DNA of 52,738 nt from an uncultured delta proteobacterium (GTDB lineage: Bacteria > Desulfobacterota > Binatia > Bin18), in assembly GCA_963733195.1 (NCBI GenBank), contig CAVTCR010000083.1, positions 1 to 52,738 of the forward strand. The letters are read 5' to 3'. Below the pieces are notes generated by a model that did no database searches, had not been told where the DNA came from, and saw nothing but the letters and a program-made list of their open reading frames with translations. Shown here piece by piece: positions 43,334-52,506 of the stretch; positions within the stretch are counted from its first letter, which is position 1; every line of letters starts with the position of its first letter. Position numbers and translations under genes: made by a program.

Positions 43334-43409
43334 CAGTCGTTATTTTTACACTCCATTCCGCAAAATCCTTTGGCCCTACAGGAGTTTGCTCAGGCTGCGT
43401 AATCTCAGA
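43334..43409. repeat. 76-bp direct repeat, copy 2
   Basis: 71/76 identical to 41437-41512. Confidence 0.9.
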
Positions 43410-43518
43410 ACCTATCACTCCTGCAGTAGTAGCGGTAATGACTTTGAAATAGATCTTCATGTTGACTAACGGCATGTTGTCCTCCAAGCAAATAAAGGAG
43501 CTATCGGATTTAATGGTT

Positions 43519-43654
43519 CTAAAGCGGAGCCACAGAAGGTTCGTACATTTTATCTCTCATGGTGAGAGATATTCTCGCTCGTACTGAGCCTCTCGAGGAC
43601 TTAGCATGAGCGGTTTTTGTAGGCTGTGTGCCAATATCGTGTGGTTCGATTTAG
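43519..43654. mobile_element. MITE-like element, same family as 28407-28555, opposite orientation
   Basis: CTAAAGCGGAGCCACAGAAGGTTCGTACA ... CTGTGTGCCAATATCGTGTGGTTCGATTTAG. Confidence 0.62.
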
Positions 43655-44103
43655 TCAGCAGGCTCTAGGTCTTCGGGTATACAAAACGATACGGTCTTGT
43701 AACAAACCACAAACAACCCCGCTTTATCGTACACTGGCATCTCAAAGGGGGTGGCTACCGAACCAGTAGGACAGGGTGTGACTATACCAGGTTTGCTGTC
43801 ACAGAGAGACCCGCCTTTGGCATCACGTTTGAGTTTTAATCCCTTCAGGTGAGATGCTCGTTCTAATCCTGTCTTTGCCGTCAAAAAGCCAGTATCTGTT
43901 AATACCTGAATGCAGAGGTCTGCCGGATAGGGAGTGGAATGCGTCTGATTGTACTCATCGGTACACTTATCAACACAGGCGGCGTCATCAGGAGCGCATT
44001 CGTTCGCGCAGAGCCACCAATCGTCGTAGTCGGCAGCGGCGAAGACGGGGGAAACCGTGAACAGGGCGACAATGAAACCGAGCATACAAGCTTTCACTTT
44101 CAT
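43651..44103 (-). CDS. Secreted Cys-rich protein with a CX3C-X6-CX3C motif
   Basis: RBS ggagga; signal peptide ending ..PVFA; WLCANECAPDDAACVDKC; an alternative in-frame start at 44178. Confidence 0.78.
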   Translation of the reverse strand: MKVKACMLGFIVALFTVSPVFAAADYDDWWLCANECAPDDAACVDKCTDEYNQTHSTPYPADLCIQVLTDTGFLTAKTGLERASHLKGLKLKRDAKGGSLCDSKPGIVTPCPTGSVATPFEMPVYDKAGLFVVCYKTVSFCIPEDLEPAD

Positions 44104-44363
44104 ATAGAGTCCTCCAGAGGTTTGAGAGTTCATTGAGTTTGCTTCGTGGGTATTTGCGCGTTTCGTATTTGTGTACATGATGCTTTCTCCTTTTGGGTTT
44201 GTGGTGGTTGTCTCGAAGGCTTTTATCCATATGATGAGTTGACTACGGGGGAGCGCGGTTCTCTTCTTTCAGCGGTACTTGGCTTTCGGCTGTCATTGCT
44301 CTTTTCTCCTTTCACTTGGGTCTACGGCGCGGGCAGTGTAGAGGATGGGAAAAGATCAATGAT

Positions 44364-44406
44364 TACGGTAAGTTTGCGGTAAGTCTTTTGGTAAATTTTC
44401 GGTAAG
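44364..44406. promoter_or_regulatory. Direct-repeat array with ~11-bp period (putative wHTH operator)
   Basis: CGGTAAG at 44366, 44377 and 44400, TGGTAAA at 44389, immediately before ATG 44410. Confidence 0.65.
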
Positions 44407-44409
44407 CAT

Positions 44410-47400
44410 ATGAATGCAAACCAAACCGTTCGCTTTGGTCCGTTTCGCTTGGATGCTGCGAACGCACACCTGTGGCGTGGCTCAGATAAGATCCCGCTCA
44501 AACCGAAAACGTTCTCAGTGCTGTGTTATCTCGTCGAGCGGGCCGGTCAGTTGGTGACCAAAGAGGAACTGCTGAAAACGCTCTGGCCCAATGTTCGCGT
44601 CGGTGACGCTGTCCTCAAAGTCTGCATTCGAGAAATCCGCAAAGCATTGGAGGATCAAGCCAAAGCCCCCCAGTTCATCGAAACCGTGCACCGACGCGGG
44701 TATCGATTTATCGGGGAAGTAGTCAGTAGTCAGCATTCAGTGGTCAGGGTCAGAGGGCAAGAGACTAGAGACTGGAGGCTAGAGACCTGGTTCCCTCTAG
44801 TTCCTAAGCCCCCTTCAAGCCCACCCCAAACATCGTCGGTCGAGAGGCAGAACTCGCACAACTTCACCAATGGTTAGCTAAAGCTCAGAACGGTGAACGT
44901 CAGATTATCTTTGTCACTGGCGAGGCCGGGATCGGTAAGACTACTGTGGTCGAAGCGTTTTTGGACCAGCTGGAAGGGCAGGCAAACGTCCGCGTATCTC
45001 GCGCGCATTGTCTAGAGCAGTATGGTGAGGGGGAGCCATATATGCCGGTTCTAGAAGCCCTTGGCCAACTCTGTCACGAGCCAGGGTATGAACGCATTCT
45101 CGAAACACTGAGTCGCTACGCACCAACATGGCTTGTGCAGATGTCCAGTCTCTTAACTACAGAAGCACTCGAAGCCCTACAACCTCGAGTACTCGGTACC
45201 ACCAAAGAGCGCATGTTACGAGAACTCGCCGAAGCGCTAGAGGCTCTCACAACTGAGCACACACTGGTACTCCAATTTGATGACCTCCACTGGAGTGATT
45301 CTGCAACCCTTGACCTCATTTCCTATGTCGCACGCCGACCACACCCTGCGCAACTGTTAGTGATCGGCACCTATCGACCAAGTGACGTGGAACGACGAGA
45401 CCATCCACTCAAACCCCTGAAACAAGACCTCCACGTTCACCGCTATTGTGAAGAACTCGCAATAGCACCACTCTCTGAAACGGCCGTCGCAGCGTATGTA
45501 GCAATGCGCCTGGCCGTTCCTTCCTCTTCCGCTCAACCAGGGTTCCAACAACTCACACAAATGATCCATCAACGCACAGAGGGCAATCCGCTGTTTATGG
45601 TGAGTTTAGTCGACTATGTAACGTCACGAGAACTACGTGTCGACGAGAACGAAGACGGGAACTTCCAGCGCACTATGAAGCAACTCGACATCCCCGTCAG
45701 TCTTCGCGCTTTCATCGAGCATCAAATCACCAAGTCAACGAGAAAGCCCACCAGGTATTACAGACAGCGAGTATCGCTGGGAGGGAATTTTCCGCAGCCG
45801 CGGTTGCCGCTGGAAGAGAAGAAAGTATAGACGCGGTAGAAACAATATGTGAAGAACTCGCACGACAGACTCTTTTTTTGCAGCGCAGGGGAACAGACGA
45901 ATGGCCGGACAGAACAGTAGCCGCACGCTACCGTTTTCTCCACGTCCTCCATCAGAACGTCTTGGCCGAGAGTATGACAACGCGGCAACGTATCATCCAA
46001 CACCGACGAGTGGGAGAGCGATTAGAAGTAGCGTATGGAACTCGCGTGCAAGAAATCGCTGCCGAACTGGCGTTACGTTTCGAGGAAGGACAAGACTATA
46101 ATCGGGCGCTACAGTATCGTTGGCAAGCTGGGACCAACGCCACCCGACGACATGCGCACCAAGAAGCCATTATTCATTTCACCAAAGCCTTAGATCTGCT
46201 TGCCCTTCTCCCTGACACACAAGAGCGTAAACAGCTAGAACTTGGCTTACGGATCGTTCTTGGTGGCTCGTTAGTCACAGCAAAGGGACATGCTGCTCCT
46301 GAAGTAGAAGCTGTCTACGCTGAGGCACAAGCGCTATGCCAGGAGGTAGGCGATACGCCGCAGCTCTTTCCCGCTTTGGCTGGGCTCTATCGCCATTACG
46401 TCGTCCGAGGAACGTATGATATAGGGCGAGCATTAGGGAACCAGTTGTTGCATCTGGCGCAACGTACCCAGGAGTCAACACTGCTCATGGGGGCTCACGG
46501 AATGCTTGGGTATGTGCTGTTTTTGCTTGGTGATTTCAGTGTTGCCCAGGAACACTTAGAGGAAAGTATCTCTCTCTATGACGTACAACGACATCGCTCT
46601 ATTGCCTCTTTGTATGGAGATGATCCTGGCGTTGCCTCCCTTGCCTTTGCAGCATGGACCCTCTGGCTGCATGGTTATCCCAACCAAGCACTGCAACGGA
46701 ATAATGCTGCCCTTTTGCTCGCCCATGAGGTAGCTCATCCACATGTCCATGCAACAGCGCTCGGGCTCTCCGCCCAATTCCATCGTTTCCGACGTGAAGA
46801 GCAAACAGTTCAAGAGCGATCTGCCGATGTCTTGGCTCTTGCGACAGAATACGGCTTTCCCTTGTGGACAGGGGCAGGAACAGTCTCTCGCGGATGGGCA
46901 CTTGCTGAACAGGGCATGCTCGAGGAAGGAATCTCACAGATCCATCAGGGGTTATTGGCTCTCCACACCATAGGGTCAGAGTCTCAACGTCCACACTACC
47001 TGGGGTTGTTAGCAGAGATATATGGAAAAGCCGGACAACCGCAGACAGGGCTAACACTCATAGAGGAAGCACTCTCGACGATAGACAAGACCGGGGAACG
47101 GTTCTGGGAAGCGGAGCTGTATCGGATAAAGGGAAACTTAGTCTTACAGTCCAGCGTTCAGCGTCCGGCGTCTGTGGTCGAAGATAGTTCAAAGTTCAAA
47201 GTTCGGAGTTCGGAGTCCGAAGTCGAAAATCCACGACCTGCATTCCCCAACCCGCAATCAGCAGCCGAGGCGTGTTTTCTGAAAGCCATCGACGTCGCCC
47301 AAAAGCAACAAGCCAAATCACTTGAACTCCGTGCAACAGTAAGTTTGGCTAGGCTCTGGCAACAGCAAGACAAGTTCAACAAAGCATGCAACACATTGTC

Positions 47401-47482
47401 CGCCATCTACAACTGGTTCACCGAAGGTTTTGATACCGCCGATCTGCAAGAGGCCAAGGCGTTGCTCGACAAATTAACATAA
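44410..47482 (+). CDS. STAND-type regulator: wHTH + AAA ATPase + TPR; frameshifts near 44800-44880 and 45730-45870
   Basis: FGPFRLD...GQLVTKEELL...IETVHRRGYRF; GEAGIGKT; FDDLHWSD; TEGNPLF; ELRATVSLARLW...NWFTEGFDTADLQEAKALL. Confidence 0.87.
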
Positions 47483-47576
47483 AGTGACGATAGGGTTTTC
47501 ACCGCAAGTTTGGCACAGCAATGCTATGCCCAAAAAAGATAAGGGATAAAGGGAGCATGGGGAAACAGGCCCCAGC

Positions 47577-47978
47577 TTACTGCGTTATCATCTGTTGTCG
47601 AAACTTTGCCGGAGACAGAGCAGGCACCGGCGAGCTACGATAGTCACGTTCGTTACGTGTGACAATCCATTGGGCGTGGAAAGCAAGCGCTGCGGTTGCT
47701 TGCAGAGCATCTTCAATGTCTTTCATGGGCAATTGTAATGCCTGTGCAGCGTGAGAGGTGCCGACGGTCGGTACTTCAACATAACTCAGCACATCGTGCA
47801 GAAAGCCACGCACATCCCCAGACATGAGATATGCCAGAGTCGACAGAGAATGCCAGGCAACCGCAGCTTCACCCGGATTGTCCTGCGCCCACGCCATCAC
47901 GTATTTACTATCAGCAAAAAAAGGCTCTCGACGAATGGCAAAATCCAGCACGACATTAGTATCAATCAGTATCCGCAT
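47577..47978 (-). CDS. PIN-domain toxin
   Basis: ILIDTNVVLD, DIEDALQ, IVTRNERDY. Confidence 0.9.
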   Translation of the reverse strand: MRILIDTNVVLDFAIRREPFFADSKYVMAWAQDNPGEAAVAWHSLSTLAYLMSGDVRGFLHDVLSYVEVPTVGTSHAAQALQLPMKDIEDALQATAALAFHAQWIVTRNERDYRSSPVPALSPAKFRQQMITQ

Positions 47979-48222
47979 GATCGGGAAGTCCATACTTCTT
48001 CCATAAATGTTCGCGACGCGGGTCACTGACGTCCCGCGGTATCAACTTCAGCTTCCCTGCCCACTTTTCCACGATATCCTCCGGCGCTTTAGCGGTGCTC
48101 CGGGTAACGGATATCAACAGGTCCTCGATCAATTGAGAGACGCTGGTATGTCGTTGATGGGCAGCCTGCTTGGCTTTGCGGAGAACGGTTGGGTCTATCG
48201 TCAGATTCACTCGTTGCTTCAT
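47962..48222 (-). CDS. RHH-type antitoxin (DUF6364-like)
   Basis: MKQRVNLTIDPTVLRKAKQAA...SVSQLIE...L.KKY; overlaps the PIN start. Confidence 0.8.
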   Translation of the reverse strand: MKQRVNLTIDPTVLRKAKQAAHQRHTSVSQLIEDLLISVTRSTAKAPEDIVEKWAGKLKLIPRDVSDPRREHLWKKYGLPDHADTD

Positions 48223-48272
48223 ATGCGCATTGTCAATAAAAATGCGCATTTTGTCAATGAAACAACTGAGCG

Positions 48273-49085
48273 CTACTTCCCACTGTACCGGGGCTTACGC
48301 TTCTCCATAAACGCGCGCGGACCTTCTTTCGCATCGTCAGTTGCAAGGATTTCCCGTGCCGCCGCATTCTCGATTTTGAAGCCTTCTTCGAGTGGTACTC
48401 CAAGCGCACTCAGCACCGTCTCTTTAATTTTGCGTACAGCAAGAGGACCGTTATCAGCGATCTTACGGGCCAATGCTTCAGCCTTGGCCATCACCTGATC
48501 TGCTGGAAGAACGTAGTTGACGAGGCCAATACGATACGCCTCTTGCGCATCAAACGTATCGCCGACAAGCATAATCTCCATTGCTTTGCAGTAGGGAATT
48601 TGGCGTGGGAGTCGCACCATTGAGCCAGCAAACGGCAGCAACGACCACTTTACTTCAGTGAGCGCAAAGGTTGATTTCTCTGATGCAACGCGGATGTCGG
48701 TCGCTTGAATCAACTCACATCCGCCCGCCAAACAAAATCCGTTGATTGCCGAGATGACCGGCTTGTACATCGCGATGCCACGCAGCGTTGCTTGCTGGCC
48801 GAGTTCGGGATGTGCCAACAAACGGTGATCCCATTCATCTTCCGGCTTTCGTCCACCAGACATCAGCGGCGTTAGTCGCCCCAAATCTGCACCTGCACTA
48901 AAAGCGAGGCCACCTGCTCCAGTAATAATCGCTACGCGTGCGGCGTCATCAGCAGCGTAATCTTGCCAGGCATCTGCCATGCGACAGAGCACCTCTGGAC
49001 TAAATGCGTTTCGTTTGTCAGGTCGATTGATGGTGATGTAGGCAATGCCGTCATGTTTTTCATAGAGCAGGGCTGGCTCAGCCAT
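48273..49085 (-). CDS. Enoyl-CoA hydratase/isomerase family protein
   Basis: TINRPDKRNA, FSAGADL, KPVISAINGFCLAGGCE, EGPRAFMEKR. Confidence 0.92.
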   Translation of the reverse strand: MAEPALLYEKHDGIAYITINRPDKRNAFSPEVLCRMADAWQDYAADDAARVAIITGAGGLAFSAGADLGRLTPLMSGGRKPEDEWDHRLLAHPELGQQATLRGIAMYKPVISAINGFCLAGGCELIQATDIRVASEKSTFALTEVKWSLLPFAGSMVRLPRQIPYCKAMEIMLVGDTFDAQEAYRIGLVNYVLPADQVMAKAEALARKIADNGPLAVRKIKETVLSALGVPLEEGFKIENAAAREILATDDAKEGPRAFMEKRKPRYSGK

Positions 49086-49260
49086 AAGTCCTCCTTTAGT
49101 CGGCTGGGTAGTATCTGCTAACGTTTAGCAGCACGATCGGTGCTACGGTAGGACCTGCGGAGAAGCTGACAACTGAAAGCTACCCACTGATAACTTTTTC
49201 CTTGACACCTTCTCCTCCTGGTGCAACAAGAGAGCGCTTGCTGCGAGAAAAGGAGGGGGC

Positions 49261-50583
49261 ATGCCGGAGCCGGCACGTGTCGATAATCCGCAAAAAGATA
49301 CTGTTCCCGGTAGTCAGCCACCGCCCGAGGTCGGCGGACCGTACGCGTATTACGTCCTGGGTGTATTGTTCGTCGTCTATATTTTTAACTTTATCGACCG
49401 GCAGATTCTGGCGATTCTACTGCAACCGATCAAAGAAGATCTCAAGATTTCTGACACCGCTCTGGGTTTTCTCACGGGCTTTGCCTTTGCCCTGTTTTAC
49501 ACCTTTGCAGGCTTACCTTTAGCGCAAGTTGCCGACCGCTGGGTACGACGCAGCCTGATCGCGATCAGTTTGGCGACGTGGAGCATCATGACTGCCGTCT
49601 CCGGCCTGGCACGGGGGTTCACTGATTTGGCTCTCGCTCGAATTGGTGTTGGCATCGGTGAAGCGGGTGCCACGCCGCCGGCGCATTCACTGATTTCTGA
49701 TTATTTTCCTCCGGAGAAACGAGCGACCGCTTTTGCTATCTACGCATCAGGAATCTATGTCGGTGTCGGCATCGGCTTCCTCGTTGGCGGTTGGATCAAC
49801 GATCACTATGGGTGGCGCACGGCCTTCTTTGTCGTCGGACTCCCTGGCGTGCTGATGGCATTGATCGTGCGCCTCACTGTACGTGAACCGCCACGAGGGC
49901 TGAGTGAAGCGCATGCCCCAACAGGCCGACAATATACGATCAAAGAAGTCTGGCAGTTCTTTGGAAGGGTGCCAGCTGGACGTAACGCGAGTCTCGCCGG
50001 TGCCTTTCACGCTTTTGTCGGTTATGGCTTGGGAGCATGGATACCCGCATTCTTCGTGCGCTTACACGGGATGACTCCGGGAACATTAGGACAGTGGCTT
50101 TCATGGATCACCGCACTAGGTGGCTTGATTGGTGCGTTTGCCGGTGGCTGGATTGCCGACCGCTGGGCACGGAAGAATCCACGTGCTCGCCCATACGTTG
50201 GCATGATCGGTGCGTTATTATCGATTATTCCGCTATTCATCACACTCTTAGTGACAGATACGCAACTCGCCCTCCTTTTTTTATTACCCTACAATATTTT
50301 CACCACTTTATGGCTTGGCCCAACCGTGGCGATCGTACAGGAGATCGTCCCCCCAGCGATGCGCTCCATGGCATCGGCAGTCTTCCTCTTCATTGTCACG
50401 ATCATCGGTCTTGGTGCAGGTCCGCAGGTCGTCGGTATTCTCAACGACTGGATCGGCACCCGCGACGCGATTCGCTATTCGTTGCTTTCCGTTGCCATCA
50501 GCATGAACCTCGTCTCGGCTTGGTTCTTCTGGCAAACAGCCAAAACCCTGGCGCAGGATATGGAAGCGAAGAAAAGGCTATAG
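49261..50583 (+). CDS. MFS transporter (Spinster-like)
   Basis: FNFIDRQIL, ARIGVGIGEAG, SLISDYFPPEKR. Confidence 0.9.
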   Translation: MPEPARVDNPQKDTVPGSQPPPEVGGPYAYYVLGVLFVVYIFNFIDRQILAILLQPIKEDLKISDTALGFLTGFAFALFYTFAGLPLAQVADRWVRRSLIAISLATWSIMTAVSGLARGFTDLALARIGVGIGEAGATPPAHSLISDYFPPEKRATAFAIYASGIYVGVGIGFLVGGWINDHYGWRTAFFVVGLPGVLMALIVRLTVREPPRGLSEAHAPTGRQYTIKEVWQFFGRVPAGRNASLAGAFHAFVGYGLGAWIPAFFVRLHGMTPGTLGQWLSWITALGGLIGAFAGGWIADRWARKNPRARPYVGMIGALLSIIPLFITLLVTDTQLALLFLLPYNIFTTLWLGPTVAIVQEIVPPAMRSMASAVFLFIVTIIGLGAGPQVVGILNDWIGTRDAIRYSLLSVAISMNLVSAWFFWQTAKTLAQDMEAKKRL

Positions 50584-50851
50584 GCTGTAGGGAAAACGGA
50601 AGGATAAAAGTACTCTACCCGGAAGCGCGAGCGTTTTATTCAAATCCTATTAGCAAGAAGATGCTAATAGAAATTATGGCAGATAGTAACGTACCCAGCG
50701 ACGCTCACCTTCACGTCTCAGTGCTCTATGTGCATGCATTTTTTTCAGGAGAGGAGAGGCACAGTGCAGATCCACATGAAGGAGGTCGCGACACTGGGCG
50801 TTGTTAAGGGAAGTGTGCGCACAGCGCACGCTACACTCCTAACGCTCCTCC

Positions 50852-51112
50852 TCAAGCAGCGACGATTTCCACACGTGCATTGTAGCCGAGTTGCTTGAGC
50901 AGACTCTCGCACTCTTCCCATGTAAGGCCAAAGGCTCGTACGTCAGCGAGACCAAGACGGGCGACCGCATCACGGATGGCGTCGAAATGTTCCTCCTCGA
51001 AGTCGCCTTCCATCATCGCTGCGTTCGCCCAGGCAACTAAATCATCAAGGGAAAGCTGGTGATGCAAATAGGCATCTAGCTTACGCACCACTAGTTCGCG
51101 CGTTAGTTGCAT
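50852..51112 (-). CDS. Small hypothetical protein, partner of 51116-51361
   Basis: Clean 86-aa ORF starting 3 bp downstream of the partner's stop. Confidence 0.7.
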   Translation of the reverse strand: MQLTRELVVRKLDAYLHHQLSLDDLVAWANAAMMEGDFEEEHFDAIRDAVARLGLADVRAFGLTWEECESLLKQLGYNARVEIVAA

Positions 51113-51115
51113 CGC

Positions 51116-51361
51116 TTAATCCTCCTGAACCTTCCGATGGCCTTGGTCCACCGGATATTTTTCATGGATCTCGACCAATGTACCATGATCGTCATAGATC
51201 TCTTGCCAGAATTTCACTGTTTCTTCGTTGACATCAACCTCTTTCCAGTAACGTGCTTTCCAGCCGTACCGACCTACAACCTCGAACCAATAGCGCCGTC
51301 CGCCATCGGGCAACTCCTCCCAGTGGCCGAACTTGCGCTCGTTCTGCGATCGAGTACTCAA
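51116..51361 (-). CDS. Small hypothetical protein (aromatic-rich), possible TA-like component
   Basis: GGRRYW...GWKARYWKEVD...EIHEKYPVD. Confidence 0.65.
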   Translation of the reverse strand: MSTRSQNERKFGHWEELPDGGRRYWFEVVGRYGWKARYWKEVDVNEETVKFWQEIYDDHGTLVEIHEKYPVDQGHRKVQED

Positions 51362-51425
51362 GTGCCCTACTCTCCGTCATCCGACTCATGCGATATTTTC
51401 TGGTGTAGCTGATTCGGCATAGTCA

Positions 51426-51623
51426 TCAGCTTGTTACAGCGTACTCAACCGCCCGAGGATTTTCCATTCGTTTGGAAGCATCCAGAATCTCCAATCCGAC
51501 GATGTTACCGTTCTTGTCATAGTCGAGAATCACACCTGGTTTGTCCTCGTCGCTTTCTTCGATGGGCGTGTTACTGAAAAGAATGCGTATGACATCCACC
51601 TCTGAGTCATAAGTGATTTTCAT
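51426..51623 (-). CDS. DUF2283 domain protein
   Basis: MKITYDSEVD...GVILDYDKNGNIVGLEILDAS. Confidence 0.88.
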   Translation of the reverse strand: MKITYDSEVDVIRILFSNTPIEESDEDKPGVILDYDKNGNIVGLEILDASKRMENPRAVEYAVTS

Positions 51624-51639
51624 GACAACCTACTTGCTT

Positions 51640-51834
51640 TCAAGATGCTCGCTGCTCCTCCTCCGCTAGTGCGTGCGACTCTCCTTTTGCTACCTTCTGA
51701 CGTTGCTTGAGAATGCGAGAACGCTCACGCCAAAACGCTAGCTCTTGTTCCGGCGTCATATCTTTGGTCTGCTTTCTTACGTTTTCCGCTCCTCGATGCT
51801 TCATCTCGACGCAGTCAAATGTCTTCGCTTTCAT
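51640..51834 (-). CDS. Small antitoxin-like protein
   Basis: MKAKTFDCVEMK...MTPEQELAFW. It is overlapped by a C-terminal remnant (LKGYSHIGISSPLEVICYE) resembling a PIN toxin tail. Confidence 0.65.
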   Translation of the reverse strand: MKAKTFDCVEMKHRGAENVRKQTKDMTPEQELAFWRERSRILKQRQKVAKGESHALAEEEQRAS

Positions 51835-51899
51835 AACAGATCACCTCCAGAGGAGAAGAAATACCAATATGAGAATACCCCTTCAGCGTCTTGACGGCA

Positions 51900-52506
51900 T
51901 TACGGCTTCTTTCCTGTCACTTTTACCGCAAACCGGACAAATGTTTCACAACGCTCGCAATCTGGTGAGATCGGGCAATGCTTCGACAATCAGCCGTGCA
52001 TGAATTCTATCGACATACGAATGACCAAAGTTTTGTTGAAAAATTTGATTTAAGAGGGTCTTGGGTTTTCGTGTTTGCTCTGAATTCTTGATGTCTGCGA
52101 ATTTTGACCGGGTGCGTTGGACGAGAAAGAACTTAGGACAGTGCTCGGCCATCGGCAAGCAGCCATGCTTCTAACTCCTCTTCGATGCAGACCAAGGACA
52201 CATGGGAAGACCTCGACTCCTAGCTTTGGAGAGAGAATTCAGAATCGATTCGCGGTCTTCTTTACGGCACGGCTTCTGTTTATTGGAACGCCAAGGCGGG
52301 TGAAGGTCCCAGACGATGACGACTCGTTCGCATCCTTCGGCCAGCAGATTACGCAGCAGCTGCCACACTCCAGTTACTAATTTGCGCTTGTTATCTAACG
52401 TCACATGGACGATTTCGAGACTGGGATGAAGCAACCGCGCCAGATGTCGGCAGACCTGGAGGTCGGCCCCATCTGGTCCACACTCAAAGATCATCCCAAC
52501 CTTCAC
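51900..52506 (-). CDS. DUF4276-like (TOPRIM-fold) protein; frameshifted
   Basis: MKVGMIFECGPDGAD...VVIVWD...; later fragments PKTLL and CETFVRF; coupled to the upstream AAA ATPase. Confidence 0.65.

Noticed and set aside
43086-43487. ORF 43086-43487 as an intact gene
   Set aside because: It has a good RBS at the start, but it runs through the 76-bp repeat, whose other copy has an in-frame stop. The rest is not protein-like, so it is at most a remnant.
158-52380. Many overlapping antisense or alternate-frame ORFs in the track
   Set aside because: They are shadows of well-supported genes, with no motifs or RBS.
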